A stretch of DNA of 64,000 nt from an uncultured Solirubrobacterales bacterium (GTDB lineage: Bacteria; Actinomycetota; Thermoleophilia; Solirubrobacterales; Solirubrobacteraceae). Shown here one piece after another: positions 1 through 11,576 of this stretch (its first letter is position 1; the number at the start of each line of letters is the position of its first letter). The DNA is taken from assembly GCA_963764655.1 (NCBI GenBank), contig CAVXTI010000001.1, forward strand, positions 1,761,477-1,825,476. The letters run 5' to 3'. The notes beneath the pieces are model-generated. The model ran no database searches. It saw nothing but the letters and a program-made list of their open reading frames with translations, and was not told where the DNA came from. The translations under genes were made by a program, and so were the position numbers.

Positions 1-89
1 AAAAACGCCGCGACCGCGAAGCGGCCAAGCGCAAGGCAGCCACCGAGAGCAAGCCCACGACGGAAGACCGTGCGGCGGGCACGTCGTGA
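1..89 (+). CDS. 3' end of an unknown ORF (partial), part of the integrated element
   Basis: Open frame KRRDREAAKRKAATESKPTTEDRAAGTS* ends TGA 87-89, overlapping the GTG start at 86 (GTGA coupling). Confidence 0.45.
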   Translation, partial: KRRDREAAKRKAATESKPTTEDRAAGTS

Positions 90-621
90 CGCACTACCGC
101 GATCAGACCCTTGCACGCAACCGTGAGATCGTCCGCTTGCGGGTGGAAGAGAAACTGACCTACCGCGCGATCGGTGAACGACACAAAATCGGTGCGGAGC
201 GCGTGCGTCAGATCCTCAAGAAGGAGGAGTACGACAAAAGGACCGAATTGATGATCCTCCCTGGCTCCCTTGTGAGTCTCCTGCGTGCTGGGCTGCTCGT
301 CGTGATCGGTCATCCAGCCGCAGACCTGGAGGAAGCATCAATCACTTTGCCCAAGCCGCCGGAGGCATTCACTGAGCCGCTGATGCGAATAGACGCTTAC
401 CGGTCGTTGTTGGACTTGATCGAGTGGGCCGAGCCGAGCAGCCCCGAGCCGCCGGTCAAGGTGTGGCTACACGACCACCGCTGGGCGCTGACCACAGCGC
501 TCGACTATCGCCTCAAGATCAAGTGTGACTTTGCAGCCGAGCACGAGAATGCGGCCGAGCGGCGTGCGAAAACAGAGGACCAGGCGGGGCTGATCGAGGA
601 GTTCCTGGCGAGGTTGAAGGA

Positions 622-625
<4 letters not shown>
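86..625 (+). CDS. Sigma-70 region-4-like HTH protein, element-borne regulator
   Basis: N-terminal RNREIVRLRVEEKLTYRAIGERHKIGAERVRQILKK fits a sigma4-type HTH; GTGA-coupled to the recombinase. Confidence 0.6.
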
Positions 626-2388
<1,763 letters not shown>

Positions 2389-2451
2389 TCGCATCTCATG
2401 TTCTAGCAAAAAGCAAGCCGTGCCAGAAGCCCGGGGTGCTCGATGCCACCC

Positions 2452-3165
2452 TCAGAACACCACCGGCTTCCCGTCCCGGAAGAACCCGCCGGTAGGCCCG
2501 TCGTCTGGGAGCGTCGCCAGCCATACGATCCCAGACGCCCCGTCCTGCACCGGCTTCTGCGCTCCCATCGGCCCGCCCATGTCGGTGTTGACGAACCCGG
2601 GGCACGCCGAGTTGACCTTGAAGCCGGCGTCTGCCAGCTCGGTGGAGAGGATGCGCGTGACCGCGTTGAGCGACGCCTTCGACACTCGGTAGCCGGGCGA
2701 CCATCCACCCATCTCAGCTACGCCTCCCATGCCGCTGGACACGTTCACGATCCGCGGGTGCTCGCTCGCTCGCAGTAGAGGCAGCAGAGCGATCGTGAGG
2801 CGGTAAGCGCCGAAGAAGTTCGTCTCGAGCGTTGCTTGGATCTTCTCGAAGTCTGGATCCACCCCGGAGACGCCGAAGTCGAGGCCGACGCCGGCGTTGT
2901 TGACGAGCATGTCGAGACGACCCGGATCGCCGGTCACCAGCGCGGCCGCTCGCTCGATGCTCTCAGGGCTGCTCACGTCGAGCGTCAACGGGATCACCGT
3001 GGCGCCGGTGCTCTCGGCTACGTCTTCAGCGGCAGCCGCGGCCTGCTCGCCGTCGCGTGCGCTCAGCAGCACCCTGTAGCCGCGCGCCGCGAGCTGGCGC
3101 GCCACCTCACGGCCGATGCCTCGATTGGCGCCCGTCACCAACGCTACTCTGTCGCCTTCGCTCAT
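2452..3165 (-). CDS. SDR oxidoreductase (carbonyl-reductase-like)
   Basis: TGANRGIG, LVNNAG, YRVSK, VNSACPGFVNTDM. Confidence 0.93.
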   Translation of the reverse strand: MSEGDRVALVTGANRGIGREVARQLAARGYRVLLSARDGEQAAAAAEDVAESTGATVIPLTLDVSSPESIERAAALVTGDPGRLDMLVNNAGVGLDFGVSGVDPDFEKIQATLETNFFGAYRLTIALLPLLRASEHPRIVNVSSGMGGVAEMGGWSPGYRVSKASLNAVTRILSTELADAGFKVNSACPGFVNTDMGGPMGAQKPVQDGASGIVWLATLPDDGPTGGFFRDGKPVVF

Positions 3166-3224
3166 CTTGCAACACTCCCTTCGTTCGCCTACCCCGAGCC
3201 TAATAGCTTTACGATCCCCGCCTT

Positions 3225-4154
3225 ATGCGCACGGCTGTCGTCGACATTGGCACGAACTCGACGCGCCTGCTCGTGGCGGACGTCGATCCCGCAACGGGCA
3301 CAATCGAGGATCTGCATCGCGAGTCGCAGGTGACGCGTCTCGGCGACAGAGTCGACGCGGGCGGCAGGCTGTCCGACGAGGCGATCGGACGGGTGCGCAA
3401 GACGCTCACCCAGTACCGCGACACGATCGACAGCTTCGGGTGCGAGGCCAACCTGGCGGTGCTGACCTCCGCCGTCCGCGACGCTTCCAACGGCGCCGAG
3501 TTCACCGAGCTGGTGCGCTCCGAGTTCAGCCTCGACGCGCGCGTGCTCTCCGGCGACGAGGAGGCGCAGCTCACGTTCCTCGGCGCGATGAGCGACCGCG
3601 ACGGCTTATCGTCGGAGCCGACCGTCGTGATTGACATCGGCGGTGGCTCCACCGAGTTCATCGTCGGCGCCGACCATGAGGCGTCCTTTCACGTGTCGGT
3701 GCAAGCCGGGGTGCTGCGCATGAGCGAGCGCCACATCCACAGCGACCCGCCCAGCCCGGGCGAGCTGCAGGACCTTGCGGCCGACACTCGCGCGATCTTT
3801 CTGCGCGGCTTGCCCGCGGAGAAGCGCGCCGCCGTGACGCGCGCTATCGCGGTGGCCGGCACCGCCACCTCGGCCGCGGCGATCGACCAGGAGCTCGACC
3901 CTTACGACCCGGAGCGTGTGCACGGCTATCCCCTGCTGCTCGCAACGGTCGAGCTGCTGATCGCGCGGCTGGCCGACATGACCGAAGCCCAACGTCGCCA
4001 AGTCGTGGGACTGCACCCGGATCGCGCCCCCACAATCGTCGCCGGGATGATCTTGCTGGATAAGGCGATGCGCGCGTTTGGGCTCGACCGGGTGGAAGTC
4101 TCAGAGCACGACATCCTGCGCGGTGGGACGCTCCGCCTTGCGAGACTAGGCTGA
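3225..4154 (+). CDS. ppx: Ppx/GppA exopolyphosphatase
   Basis: VVDIGTNSTRLLVAD, SGDEEA, IDIGGGSTE, HPDRAPTIVAG. Confidence 0.92.
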   Translation: MRTAVVDIGTNSTRLLVADVDPATGTIEDLHRESQVTRLGDRVDAGGRLSDEAIGRVRKTLTQYRDTIDSFGCEANLAVLTSAVRDASNGAEFTELVRSEFSLDARVLSGDEEAQLTFLGAMSDRDGLSSEPTVVIDIGGGSTEFIVGADHEASFHVSVQAGVLRMSERHIHSDPPSPGELQDLAADTRAIFLRGLPAEKRAAVTRAIAVAGTATSAAAIDQELDPYDPERVHGYPLLLATVELLIARLADMTEAQRRQVVGLHPDRAPTIVAGMILLDKAMRAFGLDRVEVSEHDILRGGTLRLARLG

Positions 4155-4301
4155 TCGGCCTACCCGGGGCCGTGCCACCAGGGTCGAGCTGAACGAGGCC
4201 CTCGCCAAGCCACTCGGAGAAGCCATGCGCGCCCATGCCTTCGCCCAGCCGTTGGGGACGCGGCTGGACAACCGTTCGAACGTGACCTATCCATTTAATC
4301 C

Positions 4302-4451
4302 GCGGGCCTCGTCCTACCGAAGAAGACATATCGGCAGTGGAGGCATGGGGCTCTGTCGCGTGCCTTTCACGACCGGTCCATAGGCCCGGACAACCGTCGA
4401 GCGATCGGCGTCCCGTTCTCGGGCCCACCTACCCCGGCTTCCGAGGCTCGC
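4302..4451 (+). ncRNA. Candidate rod-shaped structured RNA (6S-like)
   Basis: GCGGGCCTCG (4302-11) pairs with CGAGGCTCGC (4442-51); nested GTGG/CCAC, ATGGGGC/GTCCCGT, TCGC/GCGA, CGAC/GTCG, CCGG/CCGG; purine-rich bubble; G-U pairs favour + strand; terminator downstream. Confidence 0.5.
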
Positions 4452-4481
4452 ACCCCTGCCTTTGCCTCGATGCCAAGCCCC

Positions 4482-4518
4482 TGAGGAGGCCGTCCGTTCG
4501 GGCGGTCTCCTCATTTCT
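4482..4518 (+). terminator. Intrinsic terminator hairpin
   Basis: TGAGGAGGCCGTCC-GTTC-GGGCGGTCTCCTCA (14-bp stem, 2 G-U) followed by TTTCT. Confidence 0.7.
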
Positions 4519-4561
4519 CGGGGCTGTGGCGCCGCGGGCGACGCTCCATCCCAGATCGCGC

Positions 4562-6226
4562 TCAGGCGAGGTTCGATTTGCGCGGATAGGCGATGGTGGG
4601 GTCGGTGAGCACGTTGACGAGCGCCGGCTTGCCCGACTCGAAAGCGCGCTCGAGCGCCGGGGCCACGTCGTCGGGTTGCTCCACCAGCTCGCCGTGGCCG
4701 CCGAGCGCCTCGACCACCTGGTCGTAGCGGGTGCCGGGACGCAGGTCGGCAGCGACGGAGTAGCCGTAGAGGAACTCCATCGGGTGCTTCTCCAGGGCCC
4801 AGATCCCGTTGTTGCCCATCACCCCGACCACATTGACGCCGTGTCGCGCGAGTGTGTCGAACTCCATGCCGGAGAACCCGAACGCGCCGTCGCCGAGCAG
4901 CAGGACCACCTGCCGCTCGGGGTGCGCGAGCTTGGCCGCGAGCGCATATCCGGGGCCAGTCCCAAGGCAGCCGAACGGCCCGGGGTCGAGCCAGCGGCCC
5001 GGCCCGTAGCTGTCGATGACACGTCCGGCATAAGAGACGAAATCGCCGCCGTCTCCGATCACGATCGCGTCACGGTCGAGCACCTTGGCGAGCTCGGCGT
5101 AGAGCCGCATCGGGTGAAGCGGCGCCCGAGCGTCTGACAGCTCCGCGCGCTCGGCCTCGCGCCGCTCGGTCTCGGCCGCGCGCAAGTCCGCGACCCAGCG
5201 CTCGCTCGCGAGCGGATTGGCGCCCACCGCCGCGCGCAGGTCGACGAGCGTGGAGGCCAGGTCGCCGTACAGCTCGGCGGCGGGGTCGCGCGGATGGGCG
5301 CGCCGCGGCTCGGCGACGTCGATCGCGACGATCGCGGTGTCCTCGCCGAACGAGCCGCCGAAGCCGAGCCGGAAGTCCATCGGCACGCCGACGACGAGCG
5401 CTACGTCGGCGCCTTTCAATGCCTGCGAGCGCGTGCGCGAGAAGAACAGCTCGTGGTCCGCGGGCACACACCCGCGCGCAAGACCGTTCAAAAAGACGGG
5501 GATCCGCAGCCTCTCGGCGAGCTCGAGCAGCGCGCGCTCGCCATGGCCCCAATACAGGTCGGTGCCGGCCATCACAACCGGCCGCTCGGCCTCCTTCAGC
5601 AGCCGCGCCGCCCGCTCGATCGCGTCCGGGTCGGACCCCCTTGCACCCTCACCTCCGCGCGCGCGTGGGGCATCGGGCTCGGGAGCGCTCATGAAGACGT
5701 AGTCGAGCGGGAAGTCGAGGAACGCCGGCCCCCCATGAGGTGAGAGGGCGGCCGCCAGCGCCTCGTCCATTAGACCGGGGATCTCCGCCGTGCTCTGCGC
5801 CGTCGTGGCAAGCTTGCACAAAGGCCGCACGAACGGCACGTGGTCGATCTCCTGCAGCGAGCCCTGGCCCCAGCGCAGCGCCGGCGCGCGCCCGCCGAGC
5901 ACGAGCATCGGAGTGTGGTTGGCCTGGGCGCTTGCGATCGCGCTCATGCCGTTGGTCACGCCGGGCCCGGCGGTCAGCGCGCAGACGCCCGGCTCGCGCG
6001 TGACCTTCGCCCACCCCTCGGCGGCGAACGCGGCGGTCTGCTCGTGGCGAACGTCGACGATCTCGATGCCCTCCTCACGGCAGCCGTCGTAGATCGAGAA
6101 CAGGTGGCCGCCCGAGAGCGTGAACAGCTTGCTCACCCCGTGCGCCTTCAGGCGCCGAGCGATCAGGTGTCCGCCGTGCAGCTCCTGGGACTGGTCGGTG
6201 CTCTGATCGGCGCTCTGTGTGGACAT
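4562..6226 (-). CDS. Thiamine pyrophosphate enzyme, acetolactate synthase / 2-hydroxyacyl-CoA lyase-like
   Basis: [25 protein letters not shown] motif GDGAFGFSG...NNG; start taken at MSTQ. Confidence 0.9.
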   Translation of the reverse strand: MSTQSADQSTDQSQELHGGHLIARRLKAHGVSKLFTLSGGHLFSIYDGCREEGIEIVDVRHEQTAAFAAEGWAKVTREPGVCALTAGPGVTNGMSAIASAQANHTPMLVLGGRAPALRWGQGSLQEIDHVPFVRPLCKLATTAQSTAEIPGLMDEALAAALSPHGGPAFLDFPLDYVFMSAPEPDAPRARGGEGARGSDPDAIERAARLLKEAERPVVMAGTDLYWGHGERALLELAERLRIPVFLNGLARGCVPADHELFFSRTRSQALKGADVALVVGVPMDFRLGFGGSFGEDTAIVAIDVAEPRRAHPRDPAAELYGDLASTLVDLRAAVGANPLASERWVADLRAAETERREAERAELSDARAPLHPMRLYAELAKVLDRDAIVIGDGGDFVSYAGRVIDSYGPGRWLDPGPFGCLGTGPGYALAAKLAHPERQVVLLLGDGAFGFSGMEFDTLARHGVNVVGVMGNNGIWALEKHPMEFLYGYSVAADLRPGTRYDQVVEALGGHGELVEQPDDVAPALERAFESGKPALVNVLTDPTIAYPRKSNLA

Positions 6227-6380
6227 CGGCGCTCGCGACTCTATCCGAGGGCGTCCCTCACGCGCGCGCGGGAACCCTGTTGCGATGGGCTGACGTACGG
6301 TTGATTGGGATGGGGATCGCTGTACGTTCCCCCAGCGATTGAACACCCCCGCCATTACCGGGGTGGACTGGCTGGTGGCA

Positions 6381-6464
6381 TGCCCAGGGTGGGACTCGAA
6401 CCCACACGCCCTTGCGGACTATCGATTTTAAGTCGACGGCGTCTTCCAATTCCGCCACCTGGGC
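6381..6464 (-). tRNA. tRNA-Leu(TAA)
   Basis: Reverse complement GCCCAGGTGGCGGAATTGGAAGACGCCGTCGACTTAAAATCGATAGTCCGCAAGGGCGTGTGGGTTCGAGTCCCACCCTGGGCA; long variable arm, anticodon TAA. Confidence 0.96.
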
Positions 6465-6643
6465 GAGCCTTGGCACTCTAGTCCAGTCGATGGCGAGCAT
6501 GTCTAGAGTGGACTCCAAATAGACACCCTAGCCTTGCGCAAACGTTTATCTGGGGTTGTGAATGGGCAGCGATACTTCGTAGAAGACCGCAACTACCCCA
6601 TTGCTAGCGTGTATTTAGGATTGAGAGCAGCGAAAGGACCGCC

Positions 6644-8224
6644 GTGGAGGTCTCCGCACTAAAAGCCCCAGTCGCGTCCGGCCTGAGAAGCCCTTCGGCG
6701 CTGCTGCGCCTGCAGTCCGACGAGCGCCTGATCGCGCTGATCAGGCGCGGCCAGCATGCGGCGTTCGAGACGCTGTTCTCGCGCTACCAGTCGCGTCTGC
6801 TGGCCTTCTGCAGGCACATGTTGGGCTCGAAGGAGGACGCCGAGGACGTGCTCCAAGAGGTGTTCGCGGCCGCCTTCAACGCGATCCTCGCCGACGAGCG
6901 CGAGATCAACGTGCGTCCTTGGCTCTACCGGATCGCGCGCAACCGCTCGCTCAACCACCTGCGCAAGGCGAGCGCCATCGGCGTTGACTCGATGGACGTG
7001 CACTACGCCGAAAACGGTCTGTCCACAGCGGAGAAGGTGATGCGCCGCGAGAGCTTCAGGCAGCTGATCGGCGACGTGCGGCAGCTCCCCGAGACGCAGC
7101 GCACCGCTCTGCTGTTGCGCGAGATCGACGCGCTCTCCTACGAGCAGATCTCAGACGCGATGGAAACGACGGTGCCGGCCGTCAAGTCGCTGCTCGTGCG
7201 CGCGCGCATCTCGCTCGCCGAGGCGGCGGAGGCGCGCAAGCTGACCTGCGACGAGGCGCGCTTGGAGCTCGGCGAAGTCGCGGAGGGGCTGATCAAGGTG
7301 GCCCCGGCGGTACGCCGTCACGTGCGTGACTGCGAGCGTTGCCGGACGTTCCGCAAGCATTTGAAGGACAACAATGCGGCGCTCGCGGCGATTCTGCCCG
7401 TTGGGCCGCTCTTGCTGCTCAAGAAGCTCGTGCTCTCAAAGCTCGGGTCAACCGCCGGCGCCGGGGGGGCCCACGTGGCAGGCGCCGGCGGGGCGGGCGC
7501 CGCGGCGGGCGCTGGGGCGGTCGGTGGCGGCGCCACCGGTGGCTTCGTCACGGCCGGGGTGGGCGCCCTCGCCACCAAGGCCGTCGCTGGCCTGGCGGTC
7601 GCCGCGATCGTGACCGCCGGAACAGTCGAGGCCGACCACACCGCGGGCCACGCTCGCCACCATCACCATGCGGCTACGGTGGCCTCCACTGATGGCACTG
7701 CCTCCACAGGCGAGCCGGTCGTCAGCCACTCGAGCTCTCAGCCGGTCACGATCTCCTCACGCCATCTCGGGGGGACGCACGTGGCCGCCGCGAGCGCGCG
7801 TCATCGCGTCAAGAAGGCAAAGGTCGCCATACCGACAGGCCCCCCGCCAGCAGCTGAAGCCGCGCCCGCGGGCGCGCCGGCGACCGTAGACCAACCGGCC
7901 GTCGCAAAGCCCGCCATGCCCCCCGTGACCCAGGTGACGACCGACTCGACGGAGCTTCCGAGCGCTCAGCCACCGAGCGCGTCGGCGCCACCCGCGGAAG
8001 TCACGACGACGGCCGCGACAACCGCCGTTCCGCCGTCCACCACTGAAGCGTCGCCTCCACCTCCGCCACCCTCCACCCCGCCGGCCACCGTAACGCCTGA
8101 AGGCAGCGTCGATCCACCACCCGCCGTGGTCGTGGGCGAGGCTCCCCAGCCCATCACGCAAGCTTCAGGCGGAAAGACGCTAGGGGACGGCGTCACCGCT
8201 GCTCCTCAGAGCCCACCGCAGTAG
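6644..8224 (+). CDS. ECF sigma factor fused to a zinc-finger anti-sigma domain, TM segment and Pro/Thr-rich tail
   Basis: DAEDVLQEVF and WLYRIARN (region 2), LSYEQI...VKSLLVRAR (region 4), HVRDCERC (HxxxCxxC), hydrophobic segment, low-complexity C-terminus. Confidence 0.88.
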   Translation: MEVSALKAPVASGLRSPSALLRLQSDERLIALIRRGQHAAFETLFSRYQSRLLAFCRHMLGSKEDAEDVLQEVFAAAFNAILADEREINVRPWLYRIARNRSLNHLRKASAIGVDSMDVHYAENGLSTAEKVMRRESFRQLIGDVRQLPETQRTALLLREIDALSYEQISDAMETTVPAVKSLLVRARISLAEAAEARKLTCDEARLELGEVAEGLIKVAPAVRRHVRDCERCRTFRKHLKDNNAALAAILPVGPLLLLKKLVLSKLGSTAGAGGAHVAGAGGAGAAAGAGAVGGGATGGFVTAGVGALATKAVAGLAVAAIVTAGTVEADHTAGHARHHHHAATVASTDGTASTGEPVVSHSSSQPVTISSRHLGGTHVAAASARHRVKKAKVAIPTGPPPAAEAAPAGAPATVDQPAVAKPAMPPVTQVTTDSTELPSAQPPSASAPPAEVTTTAATTAVPPSTTEASPPPPPPSTPPATVTPEGSVDPPPAVVVGEAPQPITQASGGKTLGDGVTAAPQSPPQ

Positions 8225-8343
8225 CTGCAGCGCCTGATCGAGCGGGCTCCAGCGGAAGACCACCGCGCCGTCGCACAATCCCCCGGGCGTGCGCCGCCTG
8301 GAGCTGCCCGCGACCGCGGCAACGACTCCGTCAGGCGGACGCG

Positions 8344-8982
8344 CTACCCGAACGTGAACGTCTTCAGCGGCTTTTCGAGCACTCCCGAGTTCGCCACGGG
8401 CTTGGACACGCTCGCCGGTTGGCTGCTCAGCATCTCGATGACCACGCCTTCGCGAACGCCGCTGCGCGGCGGCAGCAGCATCACGTCGCGACCGTACATC
8501 TTGCGACCGTCGACGATCGCGCTGTAGAGCACGTCGTAGCCTCCGAGCGTCGAGCTGATGCGGGTCTTGCCCTCGCCTTCGAGCCTGAAGCCGACGAAAC
8601 GCTGGGCAAGCGTGCGCGTATAGCCCGCCGCGAACAGGGGCAGCTCTCCGGTGACGCTTCCCCGGTAGCCGCCAAGCCGCAGCGGCGCGATCGCGTAGGA
8701 ATTATCGAGCCGACCGCCCGAGCTGCGAGCTACTTTCACGTAGCCGCCCGGGTCGGGCGCCGTCCGGTAGAGGCCCCTGTACTTGAAGCTGAACGGCACA
8801 GGCCCGCCTTGCGAGTAGCTGGCGTCGAGCAGTGTCAACACGCTGCCCACTGCGACCGCGAGCAGTGCGAGACCGATCGCGATCGCAAGCGCGCGCGCCG
8901 CGGGGGCAGCCGAGCGCCAGCGTGGCTCGAGCAGCCTGCCGAGCGTGGGCCCATACTGCGGCTTCAATGGTACAGAGGCCAT
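8344..8982 (-). CDS. Hypothetical single-pass membrane protein
   Basis: MASVPLKPQYGP start, one TM helix, GC3-rich codon usage. Confidence 0.65.
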   Translation of the reverse strand: MASVPLKPQYGPTLGRLLEPRWRSAAPAARALAIAIGLALLAVAVGSVLTLLDASYSQGGPVPFSFKYRGLYRTAPDPGGYVKVARSSGGRLDNSYAIAPLRLGGYRGSVTGELPLFAAGYTRTLAQRFVGFRLEGEGKTRISSTLGGYDVLYSAIVDGRKMYGRDVMLLPPRSGVREGVVIEMLSSQPASVSKPVANSGVLEKPLKTFTFG

Positions 8983-9001
8983 CTGGGGTTCCGAGGAGCC
9001 G

Positions 9002-9283
9002 CTACTCGCCGATCGAGAACAGCGCCTCCAGGTCGTGCTTGGAGAACGCGGCGAACGCGACCATCGTCTGGGTGCGCCCCACCCCGGAGAGCTGTCCGAT
9101 CCTGTCGGTGACGACATCCGCGAGCTGCTCGTGGTCGGGAACTCTCACGATCGCGACGAAGTCCCACTGACCGGTGACCGAGTAGGCCTCGGCGACCCCC
9201 TCGATGTCGGCGAGCTCGCCGCCGAGTGTCGAGAGGGCGTCGCGCTCGGCTTCGATCAGCACGACGGCATGCGTCATCGTCAT
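9002..9283 (-). CDS. Lrp/AsnC ligand-binding-domain protein
   Basis: IEGVAEAYSVTGQWDFVAIVRV...GVGRTQTMVAF. Confidence 0.88.
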   Translation of the reverse strand: MTMTHAVVLIEAERDALSTLGGELADIEGVAEAYSVTGQWDFVAIVRVPDHEQLADVVTDRIGQLSGVGRTQTMVAFAAFSKHDLEALFSIGE

Positions 9284-9353
9284 GGTCGCGCTCCGCCACC
9301 AGCCGGCTGGCCGTCACGGCGCTTGGCATCTCGGTCGCTGGCCCTCGCCGCGG

Positions 9354-10034
9354 TCATGGCGAGTGGGTGTCGCCCGGCACCAGCACGATCACCTGCGAAG
9401 ACCCCTGCGCCTCCACGTCCGCCTTGAACGCCTGCGCGTCCGTCTCGATCGGCGGGAACGTGTCGTAGTGGCAGGGGATCACCTGCTTCGCTCCGACGAG
9501 CCGCGCGGCCTCAACAGCGTCGTGACGATCCATCGTGTAGTGGCCTCCGATGCACATCAGCGCCACGTCGATCCCGCCGGCCTGCTTCGCGCTCAGAGCG
9601 AGGTCGGAGAAGACGCAGGTGTCGCCGAGGTGATAGATCGTCTTGCCACCGAACTTCACGATCAGTCCGGCGGGCGTGTTGACGGTGCCCTTCGGCGTGG
9701 TCGAGGTGTGCCAGGCGGGCACCAGCTTCGCCGAGCCCCACCCGAGCGCGACGGTGCCGCCGATGTTTGGGTCGTGCACATTTTGAAGCCCTTCCTCGCC
9801 GAGCTCGTTCGCGATCTCCACGATCGCCACGACGTGGGCGCCCGTGCGCTTGGCGATCGCCACTGTGTCGCCGATGTGGTCGGCGTGGCCGTGGGTCAGC
9901 AGGATTGCCTCGGGGCTGAGCTCGTCGGCGGAGGCGGCAGCCTTCGGGTTACCTGTGAGGAACGGATCGATCAGCACCGAGGTGTCGCCGTCGCTGAGCT
10001 CGAAGGCCGCGTGGCCGAGAAAGCGGATCTGCAT
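9354..10034 (-). CDS. Metallo-beta-lactamase-fold metal-dependent hydrolase (UPF0173-like)
   Basis: FLGHAAF, IDPFL, THGHADH, YHLGDT, IPCHYDTFP. Confidence 0.92.
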   Translation of the reverse strand: MQIRFLGHAAFELSDGDTSVLIDPFLTGNPKAAASADELSPEAILLTHGHADHIGDTVAIAKRTGAHVVAIVEIANELGEEGLQNVHDPNIGGTVALGWGSAKLVPAWHTSTTPKGTVNTPAGLIVKFGGKTIYHLGDTCVFSDLALSAKQAGGIDVALMCIGGHYTMDRHDAVEAARLVGAKQVIPCHYDTFPPIETDAQAFKADVEAQGSSQVIVLVPGDTHSP

Positions 10035-10036
10035 GT

Positions 10037-10438
10037 TCAGTGCTCCTGTGTTGGGGTTTGAGTTCTTTGGGATTCCCGCTCATCCGATGCCCGCTGGCCT
10101 GGCTCGTCCGCGTCAGACTTACGCCCGAGCACGAGCTCGTGGGCAAGCTCGAAGCCGACCGCGACGCCGACGAACATGCCGAGCCGGGTCTGCTCGGCTA
10201 CGAGCGTGCTCACGGCGACTGCCCGCTCGGCCTCGTCGTCCTCTCCCGCGATGCGACTCACCTCGGCATCGTGCGCCTCCCCGAACCAGCCCCCTTCGGC
10301 AAGCGCTTCGGCGAGCACGCGCTGAAGCGCGGGAGCGGCGTGCACCACGACGTCTTGGGCATGCGCAAGACGTCCGGGCTCTACCAGCGCCGCAAGAGCT
10401 GCATCGACCTCGGCTGCGGTGTACGAACGATCTGGCAA
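10037..10438 (-). CDS. Hypothetical protein
   Basis: Helical protein ending EQTRLGMFVGVAVGFELA; TTG start inferred, uncertain. Confidence 0.6.
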   Translation of the reverse strand: MPDRSYTAAEVDAALAALVEPGRLAHAQDVVVHAAPALQRVLAEALAEGGWFGEAHDAEVSRIAGEDDEAERAVAVSTLVAEQTRLGMFVGVAVGFELAHELVLGRKSDADEPGQRASDERESQRTQTPTQEH

Positions 10439-10603
10439 AGCGATCCCATCATAGGCGGCTGGGGGCCGCCTGGCGGCGTCAGGCGCCACCCACGATGCCC
10501 AATATACGACCAGTGCTCGTGTGTTCGCGCGCGACGTCTGGGCATCCACTATCTGACGCCCAGATCGCGTCAGACCTCAACGAAGCAGACCATCTTTAAA
10601 AGC

Positions 10604-11371
10604 TCAAAGCGACCGCGCGCGGCTCAGGCCGAGCCCGAGCGTCAGACCAAGCGCGGCCCCGGTGACGCCCGCCAGCCAGCTGACCTCCGGCCGGGCGTAT
10701 GGCATCGCGAGCAAGACCACGGCAATCGCGCCCGTGCCAAGCAGATCTCCCTCGCAGTAGTCGCCGGCGCGCGCCATGACCAAGCGGGGGGCCGCCCATG
10801 CGCTCAGCAGCGCGAGCGCGCCGGCATTCGCGCCGCTCACGACGGGGAAGGCATAGACCGCCTCGGCGGCCAGCCCACCTGTCACGCCGGCCGCGAAGAA
10901 CAGCACGAGCACGACGAGCGGGCCGTGGCGGCGCTCGAGCAGACAGCCGAAGATCGCAATCGACACGAGCGTCGCGAACATGAACAGGCCGCTTGAGAAC
11001 CCGCGTCCGTAGACGAACTGGCTGCTGAGCAGTCGCCACCAATCCCCTTGCAGCGGGCCAGCGATCACGAGCTTGCCGAGATTTACGTAAGCGCCTTGCG
11101 CGGCGATCCACACCCCGCAACTCACCGCCACGAGCGCGATCGTCGCGTATGGCGAGGTGTCGGCGCGCAGCCCCGCGATCTCTCCGCTGCGCAGCCGGCC
11201 CAGCGACGCTCGCTGGAGCACCCCTTTGCGCGGCTCGCGCAGGCGGTCGCGCGGCAGCTTCGGCGCGCGGCGGCGCAACCTGTGGCCGCAGTAGGGACAC
11301 TCCGTTATGTACGGGCTGACCTCCGATCCGCACTTCTTGCAAACCACGAACAGATCGGCGCCTGAGGGCAT
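10604..11371 (-). CDS. Rhomboid-family membrane protein with N-terminal zinc ribbon (catalytic residues apparently absent)
   Basis: CKKC..CPYC, WWRLLS, LERRHG, about 6 TM helices; GANA in place of GASG. Confidence 0.8.
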   Translation of the reverse strand: MPSGADLFVVCKKCGSEVSPYITECPYCGHRLRRRAPKLPRDRLREPRKGVLQRASLGRLRSGEIAGLRADTSPYATIALVAVSCGVWIAAQGAYVNLGKLVIAGPLQGDWWRLLSSQFVYGRGFSSGLFMFATLVSIAIFGCLLERRHGPLVVLVLFFAAGVTGGLAAEAVYAFPVVSGANAGALALLSAWAAPRLVMARAGDYCEGDLLGTGAIAVVLLAMPYARPEVSWLAGVTGAALGLTLGLGLSRARSL

Positions 11372-11576
11372 CGTCTCATTCTAAGGGCCCAGGTGAAAGC
11401 GCCCGCCAGAACACCTCGCGGTCTGCTCGCGGTTCTCTAGGAGCGACTACAGGCCGATCGAGCCTCGCGGGAGCCGGCCCGGCGATAGAGTTCAATCGTC
11501 CTCGCCAGCGACTTGTGAGCGCCCGTGCGGGCGCTCCCGCGAGGCGGTGCCAGCGACTTCCAAAGGAAACCGATCG

